DNA of 64,000 nucleotides, taken from NCBI GenBank assembly GCA_963817895.1, contig CAWFQB010000001.1, forward strand, positions 608,001 through 672,000, written 5' to 3'. The translations under genes were made by a program, and so were the position numbers. Origin of the DNA: an uncultured Chthonomonadaceae bacterium (lineage in GTDB: Bacteria > Armatimonadota > Chthonomonadetes > Chthonomonadales > Chthonomonadaceae). Positions 1-10,017 of this stretch are shown here, piece after piece. Every line of letters starts with the position of its first letter. Positions within the stretch are counted from its first letter, which is position 1. The notes beneath the pieces are model-generated. The model searched no databases, had not been told where the DNA came from, and saw only the letters and a list, made by a program, of their open reading frames with translations.

Positions 1-199
1 TGCATGGTGATCGGGATAACGCCGAATTGCCTCACCTGAATACGGTAGATAACGCCTTCCCGCATGGGTTCCGGCGGATCGAGCAGGCGGGCGCGGCGGG
101 CGGGCGGCGTCAGCTTGAACAGCGTTTCCACCGAATTGTGGAAGTCCCAGACCTTTCCAGCGGCGCATTCAGGTCACAGCTAAACTCCAAAACCGGCAT
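1..199 (-). CDS. SRPBCC/polyketide-cyclase-like protein, 5' part (runs off window, frameshifted)
   Basis: Manual translation: MPVLEFSCDLNAPLE(fs)VWDFHNSVETLFKLTPP..., a typical SRPBCC N-terminus. Confidence 0.55.
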
Positions 200-450
200 A
201 TCATTCTCTCTTCCGTGTTCGCCTGCCGCGCTATTTCCAATATACTATCACCAGTTCGATTACAAGACAGGGACACGCTTGCTTATACGCTCATGGAAGC
301 CTGCGCATTTTGGTTACGATGCCTCCACAACACCTTTTTCTACGCCAGATGCTTTACGAGAGTTACAACGCGCAGGAAGCACACGCCCCGCCGTCGAAAT
401 CTGCCTTACCCTCTTTCACACTATTTTTACTTTTTTGCGGAGTACCAGCC

Positions 451-1545
451 ATGTTCCGTTTCGATGCCCACAAACCCGCGCATCTGCGCGACAGCATGAC
501 GCGCCGGGATTTCCTCCATGCCGGGGCGTTGTCGCTGCTGGGCATGGGCCTGACCCTGCCGGAATTCATGGCGATGCAGGCGCGAGGCAGCGTCCGCAAA
601 GACAAAGACATCAACTGCATCCTGCTATTTTTGCGCGGAGCGCCCTCACAACTGGATACGTGGGACATGAAGCCCGATGCCCCCATAGAAATACGCGGCC
701 CGTTCAAACCCATAAAAACCAACGTGCCGGGTATGGAGATTTCCGAACTGTTTCCGCGCATGGCAAAACGCGCCGACATGTTTTCCATTGTCCGCTCGGT
801 CTGCCATACCACTGCTGTCACGCATGACACAGGGCATCAGATAATGCGAATGGGACATCTGTTTTCGGGCCAATTGGAGTTTCCGAATAGTGGAAGCGTG
901 ACGCAGCACGCGCAGAATTCGCCGCATGATGTTCTCATATCCACGTCCAAAGCCCGCGAAGCCTCTGATATGAGCAAAGAGCCGGAGCGAATACGCGACA
1001 AATACGGGCGTAACAGGTTCGGGCAATCGTGCCTGCTGGCGCGGCGACTGGTGGAGCGCGGCGTCCGGTTCGTCACTATCAACATGTTCGAGAACGTCTT
1101 CGATGAGATTACGTGGGACATTCACGGCAGCGCGCCGTTCCCGACGATGGACGCTTATGAAACTGTGTGCGGCCCCTGGTTCGACAACGGCTACACCAGT
1201 TTGATTGAGGAACTGAAAGAGCGCGGCCTGTACGACAATACCATTGTGATTGCCACGGGAGAGTTCGGGCGAACACCTAAAATCAACCGGGCGGGCGGGC
1301 GCGACCACTGGCCGCACTGCTGGAGTCTGATTTTGGGCGGGGGCGGCATCAAAGGCGGGCATATCGTGGGCGCGTCCGACAACATCGGCGCCTACCCCAC
1401 AGATCGCCCGACAACTCCCGCCGACATCGCCGCCACTCTGTACACCGCGCTTGGCATTGACCTCACACACGAACCGTCTATCCCCATTGGTCATCCCATT
1501 CCTGTCGTAACAGACGCCACTCACCCTTTACATGAATTGTTGTAG
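451..1545 (+). CDS. DUF1501 domain protein (Tat-like RRDFL signal)
   Basis: TRRDFLHAG, GAPSQLDTWDMKP, CLLARRLVERGVRFV, GEFGRTPKIN, GRDHWP motifs; start chosen at MFRFDAH. Confidence 0.9.
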   Translation: MFRFDAHKPAHLRDSMTRRDFLHAGALSLLGMGLTLPEFMAMQARGSVRKDKDINCILLFLRGAPSQLDTWDMKPDAPIEIRGPFKPIKTNVPGMEISELFPRMAKRADMFSIVRSVCHTTAVTHDTGHQIMRMGHLFSGQLEFPNSGSVTQHAQNSPHDVLISTSKAREASDMSKEPERIRDKYGRNRFGQSCLLARRLVERGVRFVTINMFENVFDEITWDIHGSAPFPTMDAYETVCGPWFDNGYTSLIEELKERGLYDNTIVIATGEFGRTPKINRAGGRDHWPHCWSLILGGGGIKGGHIVGASDNIGAYPTDRPTTPADIAATLYTALGIDLTHEPSIPIGHPIPVVTDATHPLHELL

Positions 1546-1565
1546 ATTAAGGAGCAAAACCGACT

Positions 1566-2943
1566 TTGGAATCCATTTATCCCGTCAAAGACTTCAATCG
1601 CGTGATGTATGCGTGTCAGGTAGACGAACCCGCGACTGAAAGAGAGTGGACTGCGCCATGATTTTTCCAAATTACAGGGCGGCAGCGTTCGTACCGAGTT
1701 GGCAGTAACACTGAATGCGTGGCTGCCCGAAGGCGAGTACCGCCATCGTCTGCTGTGCGGGCATCGCGGGTCAGGCAAATCTACAGAGATGTTGGCGCTC
1801 AAGAAATGGGCGGACAACCACGGCTTTTTGAGTGTGTGGATGGAAGTTGATCTTTACTTCGGATTGGCGGAGTTGCACTTTTCGGATTTGTACTTGCTGG
1901 CAACCGAGGCGGTGGAACGCGCCATGCTGGAAATCGGTTTGTCGCTACCGAAAGAGGAGTTGGAAGCGGTAACAAACTATTTCGCGGAAATTACGCGGGA
2001 GGATAAGGAAACGCGCAAGTCCGAACTCAGTTTGGAAGCCGATGCAGAATTGGGCGCGGGTATTCCCATTATTGGCAAGTTTGTTGCTAAATTTCGTTCC
2101 AACGCGCAGGGGAGTTCCGAACATCTGCAAACGGTGCGGCGTAAAATACGGCAGGACCCGGATACGCTGATTGCAGCGACAAACAGGGTATTGCAAACCG
2201 CGAACAAACTGCTTGTCGTCAATAATCGCGCCAAAGGCTTGCTGCTGCTATTCGACAATCTGGATCGTTACGAGACGCCGAATATCAAGGCGCTGTTGCT
2301 TGATGGAGCAACGCTTGTCCGCAAAATGGCCGCGCATGTGGTTTATACGATGCCGATCAATTTGCATTATGGCCCGGACAGCGCGTATCAGGACTACTAT
2401 GGTGGTCCGGCGCATGTCCTGCCGATGCTGGCATTGCGGCAGCAAAACGCGGATTGGAAAACAACCGTTACCGATAGTCCGTATAAGGAAGAGGCCGTTG
2501 ATGAAATGCTGAAAGCATTGAACCGGCGCATTGAGGTGGCAATGGTTTTTGAAAATGTGGAAGACGCGCGGCTGATGATTAGAATGAGCGGCGGCTGTAT
2601 GCGCGACCTGCTGCATCTGGTGGGTATCGCGTTTCAAAAATCGTTTACGGATATTGACTCGCCACCTACGCGCTTAACTTCTGAGGGCGTACACCATGCC
2701 ATTGCTCAGTACCGCAATGACCTGACGGCAGGACTGCTGCCGGAACACTACAAGGGGCTTGCCTTGATTGCTGACTGCAAGGCAGAGTCGCAAATTCAGG
2801 ACGAAAATCAACTTCTCAAACGGCGCGTATTGCTGCGCTACAAAGACGCTGATAATCCGTGGATTGACGTTCATCCGCTCGTGATCGAAACAAAAGGATT
2901 TCAAGATGCCCGCAGCGCCTCCTCTCCAATCGCCCTCCGATGA
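1566..2943 (+). CDS. P-loop ATPase (AAA/STAND-like), frameshift near 5' end
   Basis: Walker A GHRGSGKS, Walker B LLFDNLD, SGGxxRDL, C-terminal DVHPLV; AAGGAG RBS before TTG at 1566. Confidence 0.85.
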
Positions 2944-4474
2944 CCTGAAAACGGCATTGGACACGCAGGGGGAACGAGAGTACATACAACTGCTCTCCAT
3001 GCTACACACACGCAGGGCATTTTCGCCCTGATGCTGGTGCGCAGCAATTTCACGCCTGCCCTGCGCGACCGGCTACTGGAACGTTTGGCCGCTGACCTTG
3101 CGCCCGCGCCTTTATCTATCGTTCGCGTGACCAAGACAAAATATAATGCGGGTCAAATGCTGGCGGAAGCGGCGCAGTTTACATCCGGTACGGGCGTACT
3201 CGCGCTCGTCGGTCTGGAAGATACGCCAGATATGGTTGTAGAAGGCGGCAAAGAGATGCGCCGCCCGCCCGCGCTTGCCAGTTTAAATCACGGACGTGAG
3301 GCCCTGCGTCGCGCCTGTCGCCTGCCTATTCTCGTATGGTGCAGCGATTGGGTTTATGAAACCCTGCGGGAACATGCGCCCGACTTTTTCGATCATTTCA
3401 CCGGCTTGTTCCACTTCTCAAATGCTAATCCAAATTCAACTGCATACAATGACCATGTGATGCTAACTATCAGAGGCCATGCAGAGAGCGAAGACACACT
3501 CCTCAGCCAAGTTTCTGAAGAGCAACGCCTTGTACGCGCAGAAGTGGACTTTTACACCTCCGAAGTCAATTCTCATCCAGAACCAACACCACAACGCGCC
3601 GAATTACTGATTGGTTTGACGGAGGCCCTGCGTAAACAAACGACAGGCAACCGAGCATCTTTGCTCTCTACAGGCGCGGGAAGCTGTTATGGAGGCGTTG
3701 GCAATACTCTCACCGAAGAGTGAACCCTACGACTGGGCAAAAGGCCAGAACATACTGGGGATAATTTACAATGAACTGCCAATTGGTGACCAAGCCGAGA
3801 ACCTGATGAAAGCTATTGAGTGTTACCAAGCCGCATTGCATGTTGCACATGAAGACACACTGCCTAAGCAGTGGGCAGCAACGCAGAATAATTTGGGCAA
3901 TACTTATACACTTTTGCTCATTGGTGACCAAAGCGAGAACCTGACGAAAGCCATTGAGAGTTACCAAGCCGCATTGCGTGTGTATAGAGAGGACACTCTG
4001 CCACAAATGTGGGCAACGACGCAGAACAACTTGGGAAACGCTTATACGTATTTGCCGGTTGGCGACAAAGGCGAGAACCTGACGAAAGCCATTGCCTGTT
4101 ACCAAGCCGCGCTTCGAGTTCGCCGCGAAGATACGTTGCCGCAGGATTGGGCAACGACGCAGAACAACTTGGGAAACGCTTATACGTATTTGCCGGTTGG
4201 CGACAAAGGCGAGAACCTGACGAAAGCCATTGCCTGTTACCAAGCCGCGCTTCGAGTTCGCCGCGAAGATACGTTGCCGCAGGATTGGGCGGGAACTCTG
4301 ACAAATCTTGGGATTGTACTACAAACCCTCGGTGATAGTGTTGGGGCGCGCAATGCTTGGACAAACGCCATACGCGGGTACATGGCTGTCGGTATGGAAG
4401 ACGGCGTGCGTCAAATGCAGAACTGGATTGATTCTTTGCCGAAAGAGGATGAGGACGTGGGCGAGACGGCATGA
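2906..4474 (+). CDS. TPR-repeat protein with N-terminal LN..RE/APDF domain, two frameshifts
   Basis: ORFs 3031-3723 and 3689-4474 join; 46-aa repeats WAxTQNNLG...AIxCYQAAL; start overlaps the ATPase 3' end. Confidence 0.8.
4010..4290 (+). repeat. Exact 138-bp tandem duplication (one TPR unit)
   Basis: 4010-4147 is identical to 4148-4285. Confidence 0.9.
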
Positions 4475-4623
4475 AGCGCAAATGGCTCACTTTGCCTGAT
4501 ACAGTCCTTGAAGAATAGGCCTTTCGCCTCATGTGGTTCGGGCGGACTGCGGTTAGAATGACTCCAGACAGCGCTATGCGATTACTTTTGCGAACGCGGC
4601 AAGAGCAATTCGTGGCGTGAGGA

Positions 4624-5247
4624 ATGGAGTGCCGTATGGGTTTAACGCGCTTTCGTGCCGGTCAGGGGTTGAGATGGGTTCCTGTCGGGTTGATTGGGGT
4701 TCGGGCGCTGCTTGGGCCGGTTTTGTTGTGGCTTTGCGTTCGGCATGTGGCGGGGTGGTGGATTGTGGCGGCGTTGACGGTCGCGCTGCTTTCGGATATT
4801 TTCGACGGCGTGATGGCTCGGAAGTTGCAGGTGGCGACGGAAAAGTTGCGGGTGGCGGACAGTTGGGCGGACGGCTTCTTTTATGCGTGGATCGTTGCCG
4901 CCGTATGCGTGGCCGCGCCGGACGTAATCCAGCCATTGCGCGGCCCGCTTCTGCTGGTGCTGCTTATGCAGTTTTGTTCCTACGGCTTCGATCTGCTGAA
5001 ATACGGGCGCATCGCGTCCTTTCACGCCGTTTCCGCCAAAATCTGGGGCATCACGCTGTTTGTGGCGACGGTTGCCCTCCTCGGTTTTCATGCGGGCGGT
5101 ATGTGGCTGTGGCCGGCGATTGTCTGCGGGCTGATAAGCAATCTGGAGGGTTTCGCCATGAAACTCGCGCTGCCGACATGGACACACGATGTAAAAAGTC
5201 TGCGCCACGCCCTGCGACTGCGGCAAGAGCTATTGTCCGAACCATGA
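4624..5247 (+). CDS. CDP-alcohol phosphatidyltransferase family protein
   Basis: SDIFDGVMAR...ADSWAD (DxxDGxxAR...DxxxD) motif, hydrophobic. Confidence 0.85.
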   Translation: MECRMGLTRFRAGQGLRWVPVGLIGVRALLGPVLLWLCVRHVAGWWIVAALTVALLSDIFDGVMARKLQVATEKLRVADSWADGFFYAWIVAAVCVAAPDVIQPLRGPLLLVLLMQFCSYGFDLLKYGRIASFHAVSAKIWGITLFVATVALLGFHAGGMWLWPAIVCGLISNLEGFAMKLALPTWTHDVKSLRHALRLRQELLSEP

Positions 5248-5353
5248 TTTTTCATGATTTGGATGATTACCATGATGACCTGCCTGCTCACCCTCCGGTA
5301 TCACGTACAAACTTGCGCTTCAGAATCATGTTAATCACTCTAATCATGCAAAA

Positions 5354-8344
5354 TCATGCTTCAAGACAATCCGCCTCCGCTTCTGCAACCGGGGCGAAAT
5401 TGGGATGCGCGTGGAGCCAGCGAAGCGCGAGATTGCGGACGAGGGGCGCGGGATCGTCGGCTCGGGCTTCGATGGCAGTGCGCGTGGTTTCTTCCTCAAC
5501 GGTTGTCATCGCGCCGCACAGGGAATTGGTCAGCATCAGGCGGTGTTCGGCTTCCACTTTATCACACCAGAAGGCGAGTTCGCGGCGGTACTGCGGGTTC
5601 TCAGGATGGCGGGCAAGGGTGGCAAGCAGCGCGCCCAAACCATCTTCGCCGTGCATGGCGAACTGTACGGAATCGTACACATCGGGATGCGCGTAAGCCT
5701 GCGCGAGCGGCTGAAGTTCCGGCGGCAGCATAGCAAGGGATTGCGTTTCGCCGTCCGTCGCGGCTTTGCGAAAGGCGAGGGCAATATCCCCCGCCGCGTG
5801 GCTGGAAAAGCCCAGTCGCAGCGAATAAATTTGTACGGCTGCCAGAATTGCATCCGGGGGAGCCATTCCGGGGTCGCGGCGATTCATACGGGCAAGTTGC
5901 AATGCCCCCCGCGCCAGATCGTTGCCCGCCGTTGCCATCCCCTGTATCTGCTTCTCACTCCCCTCGCCCCACAGCAGCCACTTTGCAACCGCGACGCGGG
6001 CCTGCTTCGCTCCATCCAGATTCTGTTCCTGCGCGGCCAGAACCGGGCGTATCCGGCGCGGGTCAGCCTCCATCAGCGCCTGTAGTGCCGGGTACGCATG
6101 ACCATTGAGCACGATCTCAATAAGCGCTTCAATAGCTTCCGGCTGTGAGGTTCCGCGTAGCGTGGATACCAAAATCGGTTCGCCGTGATTGGCGGGAACG
6201 GCGTTGAGGAAAGGCGCGGCTTCAACCCTTGTGAAATGCCCCTGCGCCAGTAACGCGCAGGCGATATGGGCATTGCGCAGACTGCGCTTCATATCGCTGT
6301 CCGGCGCGCGGCCCTCCGCCGTTTCAGTCAGCACATGTTTCAGCGCCTGCGTGGTCGCTTCTTCCCATCGCGGCAGGCGGGCCAGCATCGCGGCGGCGGG
6401 CGCGGAACCGTCCCGCAGCAGCATTTGCAGCCACAGCCGCTCGTGGCGGTCGCTTCCCATTCCGGCAAGCAGTTGAATGGCATCCGCCCGTACTTCCGCG
6501 TTCACCGATTCCTCTTTGAGCAACGCCAGCAGGGTATCTTCGGCAGGGCGCGGCGCGTGACCGGAAATCAACTCTGCCCCGACAAGGCGCAGGCGCATAT
6601 TGGGCGCGTGTAGCAGCGCCAGCGTTTTGGATTCGCAGGCGTCCGGGTTGGCGTTGAGAATAGCGCGCGCCTGCCGCCGGGTCGCCGGTTCCAGCAGGCG
6701 CGTTGGCGTGTCCAGCACACTCTCCAGCCACACTTCCGCGCCCCGCCGTTCCAGCAGGGGAGCCATAAAATGGAACTCCGGGGCGGCAGAAACCATTGTT
6801 TTTCCATGATGCGGCGAGGGATTGATGCCTCCCGCTTCCAGCCCGGAAGACGGCTGCGATTTACGGCGTTTGCCGAACAACCCAAACAGAAAATCAGGCA
6901 TAGCGATATTTCCTTTGCGTCCGGCCAGCGCCCCGGCTACAAGCAACGCGATAAAAAAGCATATCAGAGTGGTTGGTGGTTGGTGGTTGGTGGCTGTCGG
7001 TTCGATTGCCGATTGCCGATTGCCGATTGTGGATTGACCGTTGGGAAGCATTTTCGGCTGCTTTGTGCCTGCGACGGCAACAGGATTGTCAATAGCCGTG
7101 TCATTGGATATGGCGCGGCTGTTGCAAGCGCGTTCTCCGTTAAATCGTTTCCCGTTGAATATGGCTGGCAGGGCAGGCAAAACAGGAGTATCCGCGCGTG
7201 TCGCATCGCTGGCGGAACCTGTCACCGGCGAGACAGCAGCAACTCCGTTTTGCGGCACAGAGGCTTCATTGATTGGTTCTGAGGGCGCGGCAGGCGAGGG
7301 CGTGACAGGACGACCTATAAAGGAACCAGATTTAGCGGCAGGCGTAAGTTTTACAGAGGGCGCAACGTTGGAAGGCGCGGTATTTGCGGCAGGCGCAACA
7401 TTCGAGCGGGACACAACATTTGGGGAGAGCGCAAGGTTGGAAGAGGGCGCAATAAATTGCGTCCCTACGGGTTTTCCTGATGCCGCAAAGCCGTACTTTA
7501 GCAGGGAAACGGTGTCGCGCTGCCAGTCGGGGCTGTTGAGAACAACCGTAATCAGGCGCAGTCCATTTCGGCTGGCCGCGCCGACGAAACAAAAACCGGC
7601 TTCCCGCGTCCAACCCGCTTTCACGCCCTCCATACCGGGGACGGTCCACAGCAGCGCGTTCTCATTGGTCAGGAGTGTGGGAGGGCGGTTTCCTGAGCGG
7701 GGCAGAGAATACGCGCGGGTTCTCGCCACATCCGCGAAAACGGGATTTTGCAGCGCGACGCGGGCAAGCAGGGCAAGGTCATGCGCCGTCGAAAAGTGGT
7801 TGGAAGCGGGCAGGCCGCTGGCATTGGCAAAGCGCGTGTTCGTTGCGCCGCTTGCCTGCGCCCACTCATTCATGCGGGTGGCAAAGGCTTCTTCTCGTCC
7901 CGCCATCTGTTCCGCTGCGGCAACACTGGCGTCGTTGGCGCTGGCAAGCAGAATCGCGGCCAGTAAATCCCGCGCGCGAAACGTTTCGCCCGACTTCATA
8001 CCCAATGCGTGTCCGGGCGTTTGCGCGGCGTTGGGAGAAGCAGGAATAATGGTTTCGGGCGGAACGTCGCGGGCAAGCAGAAACCCCGTCGCGATTTTGG
8101 TGGTGCTGGCCGGGGGCAGGCGTTTGTCAGGATTTTTCGCCCATAAAGTCGCGCCCGTGTCCCGATTGATGACGATGGCGGCGGCAGCATGAATGTTCGG
8201 TGGCGCAGCCGTCCCATCCTCGCCCGGTATCGGGGAACACGCGCCCCGAAGCGGCAGCAGAATGGTCAGCAGGATCAGGGCTGTCACCCATCGGGCTGTG
8301 TGTTCGATGCTGTTTTCGCGGATGTCGCTGTAGCCGTTACGCAT
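5354..8344 (-). CDS. D-Ala-D-Ala carboxypeptidase (peptidase S11) fused via Pro/Ala linker and TM to a HEAT-repeat-like domain
   Basis: PASTTK (SxxK), SAN (SxN), KAG(KTG)WT motifs; TM LICFFIALLVAGALA; helical C-terminal repeats. Confidence 0.85.
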   Translation of the reverse strand: MRNGYSDIRENSIEHTARWVTALILLTILLPLRGACSPIPGEDGTAAPPNIHAAAAIVINRDTGATLWAKNPDKRLPPASTTKIATGFLLARDVPPETIIPASPNAAQTPGHALGMKSGETFRARDLLAAILLASANDASVAAAEQMAGREEAFATRMNEWAQASGATNTRFANASGLPASNHFSTAHDLALLARVALQNPVFADVARTRAYSLPRSGNRPPTLLTNENALLWTVPGMEGVKAGWTREAGFCFVGAASRNGLRLITVVLNSPDWQRDTVSLLKYGFAASGKPVGTQFIAPSSNLALSPNVVSRSNVAPAANTAPSNVAPSVKLTPAAKSGSFIGRPVTPSPAAPSEPINEASVPQNGVAAVSPVTGSASDATRADTPVLPALPAIFNGKRFNGERACNSRAISNDTAIDNPVAVAGTKQPKMLPNGQSTIGNRQSAIEPTATNHQPPTTLICFFIALLVAGALAGRKGNIAMPDFLFGLFGKRRKSQPSSGLEAGGINPSPHHGKTMVSAAPEFHFMAPLLERRGAEVWLESVLDTPTRLLEPATRRQARAILNANPDACESKTLALLHAPNMRLRLVGAELISGHAPRPAEDTLLALLKEESVNAEVRADAIQLLAGMGSDRHERLWLQMLLRDGSAPAAAMLARLPRWEEATTQALKHVLTETAEGRAPDSDMKRSLRNAHIACALLAQGHFTRVEAAPFLNAVPANHGEPILVSTLRGTSQPEAIEALIEIVLNGHAYPALQALMEADPRRIRPVLAAQEQNLDGAKQARVAVAKWLLWGEGSEKQIQGMATAGNDLARGALQLARMNRRDPGMAPPDAILAAVQIYSLRLGFSSHAAGDIALAFRKAATDGETQSLAMLPPELQPLAQAYAHPDVYDSVQFAMHGEDGLGALLATLARHPENPQYRRELAFWCDKVEAEHRLMLTNSLCGAMTTVEEETTRTAIEARADDPAPLVRNLALRWLHAHPNFAPVAEAEADCLEA

Positions 8345-8498
8345 GGGTGAATTATCGGCGATAACCTGTGTTTTCTGCTGTGCGCGCGGTATCCAAATGC
8401 AGCAGGATTAGGCCCCGCGCATGGTGAATATTCCTGCGGCTCTGCCATACAAACCGTTTTGATAAACAAGCCATTGAGCGTTTTCAGGAGATACTCGG

Positions 8499-9332
8499 AT
8501 GCACAAGACAAACCTACATAAGAAGAACGTACGCGGGAAGAACATCGGCGCGGGATTGGCGTTGAGCGCGCTGGCGCTGACGGGAACCCTGTTCCTGCAT
8601 GTTCGGGCGCAGGCCGCGCAGGAGGGCGCGAAAGCGGACAGCAAAGCCGCGACGCCCGATTTAATCACGCCCAAAGGCAAAACCATGACGTGGGGCGACA
8701 CGACGGATGAAGACAGCAAGGTGAAGAACGGCAAGCCGGTCGGCAAAGGCTGGAAACCTCTGTTCGACGGCAAAACGCTCAAGGGCTGGAACTACGAAAA
8801 AGGTTACTGGCAGGTTCTTGATGGCGCGATTGTAGGCGACAAACATGGCGACACGCCGCATCATCATTATATGTTCAGCGACAAAGATTACGCGGATTTC
8901 GAGTGCCACATTGACGTGAAAATGACCGGCTACAACAGCGGTGTTTGCGCCCGAATTCATCCCAAAGACTTCGACGACGTGCCGGGTTATCAGGTGGATA
9001 TGGCGGACGGCTACTGGGGCTGCCTGTGGGACGAGCATCACCGCCAGAAGAAAATCGTGGATTATCCGAAGGACGAAGCGGATAAAATCGTTCACAAAGA
9101 CGACTGGAACCACTACTACTTTACGATGCGCGGCCCCCATGTCGTGATGTGGCTGAACGGCGTAAAAACGGCGGATGTGGACGATCCTGAAGGCTACGCC
9201 TCCGGGCCGCTCGGCTTCCAGCTCTGTCATGGCGCCAATACGGTTGCCAGTTTCAAAAACATCTACGTGAAACTGCTGAAACCGACTCTGCCCGGCACGG
9301 CTCCCAAATCCACCGATACGCCGCAGCCGTAG
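8499..9332 (+). CDS. DUF1080 / 3-keto-disaccharide hydrolase, secreted
   Basis: WKPLFDGKTLKGW, NSGV, GYQVD, WNHY, GPLGFQ, FKNIYVK. Confidence 0.9.
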   Translation: MHKTNLHKKNVRGKNIGAGLALSALALTGTLFLHVRAQAAQEGAKADSKAATPDLITPKGKTMTWGDTTDEDSKVKNGKPVGKGWKPLFDGKTLKGWNYEKGYWQVLDGAIVGDKHGDTPHHHYMFSDKDYADFECHIDVKMTGYNSGVCARIHPKDFDDVPGYQVDMADGYWGCLWDEHHRQKKIVDYPKDEADKIVHKDDWNHYYFTMRGPHVVMWLNGVKTADVDDPEGYASGPLGFQLCHGANTVASFKNIYVKLLKPTLPGTAPKSTDTPQP

Positions 9333-9386
9333 CATTATATTTGCTATCCAAGCGATTGTGGTTTTACAAATTGGAATTGAATAGCG

Positions 9387-9427
9387 AAACAACAGGCCGG
9401 AGGCAATTGCCTCCGGCCTGTTGTTCT
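9387..9427. terminator. Intrinsic terminator hairpin
   Basis: aacaacaggccggaggc-aatt-gcctccggcctgttgtt palindrome between convergent genes. Confidence 0.75.
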
Positions 9428-9611
9428 TGTAACATCTATCGTACTTGTCCACGGCGCAACGGCTACATTTCACAATGAGGCGGTAACTGCTTCATTCCTG
9501 GGCCTTCGACACGAAAGAAGCAATAAACCTCTTCCGTAAGTCCCTGTGGACGATGCCAGGCCAATCTTATGGAGTAGACGTATAAAAGGGGTCGTATAAA
9601 TCAGTCTGGAG

Positions 9612-9845
9612 TTAGTGTTTGTTGATCCAGGCCCGCGCGTTGTGCCCTTTGCGCTGCTTCCAGTTATGGTAATTCTTCTTTGCATGGGTTGTGGCATGCG
9701 CTACATGGGCGACCTTCCTTTGTCCCGACTTGTGTATAGCGGTTATGGTGGGATGCGGATCGCGTGGGTTCTGCGCGAACACGGGCAGGCTCACAACGCC
9801 GAGTAGCAGCATGGTCGGGGTAACTCGCAAGAGAAGCGTTTTCAT
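9612..9845 (-). CDS. Small secreted basic His/Lys-rich protein
   Basis: MKTLLLRVTPTMLLLGVVSLPVFAQ signal peptide, AAGGA RBS. Confidence 0.6.
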   Translation of the reverse strand: MKTLLLRVTPTMLLLGVVSLPVFAQNPRDPHPTITAIHKSGQRKVAHVAHATTHAKKNYHNWKQRKGHNARAWINKH

Positions 9846-10017
9846 AGATGTGTCCTTTTCAAAGACTGTTCCCTTTACAAAGGAACAGGGCAGAGAGTAT
9901 TCGCAAGGACGGGAAAGCGAGCGAGAAAGTTCCGGCAGATAAATGTGCGCGAGGGGACACAGGAATTTTTTGCTGTGAACTTTCACCGGTATGAACCACG
10001 CAGTCACCTGAAAAAAT

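Noticed and set aside
7041..8192. Long antisense ORFs (also 17763-18647, 29250-30443, 44307-45668)
   Set aside because: Shadow frames opposite well-supported genes in GC-rich DNA.
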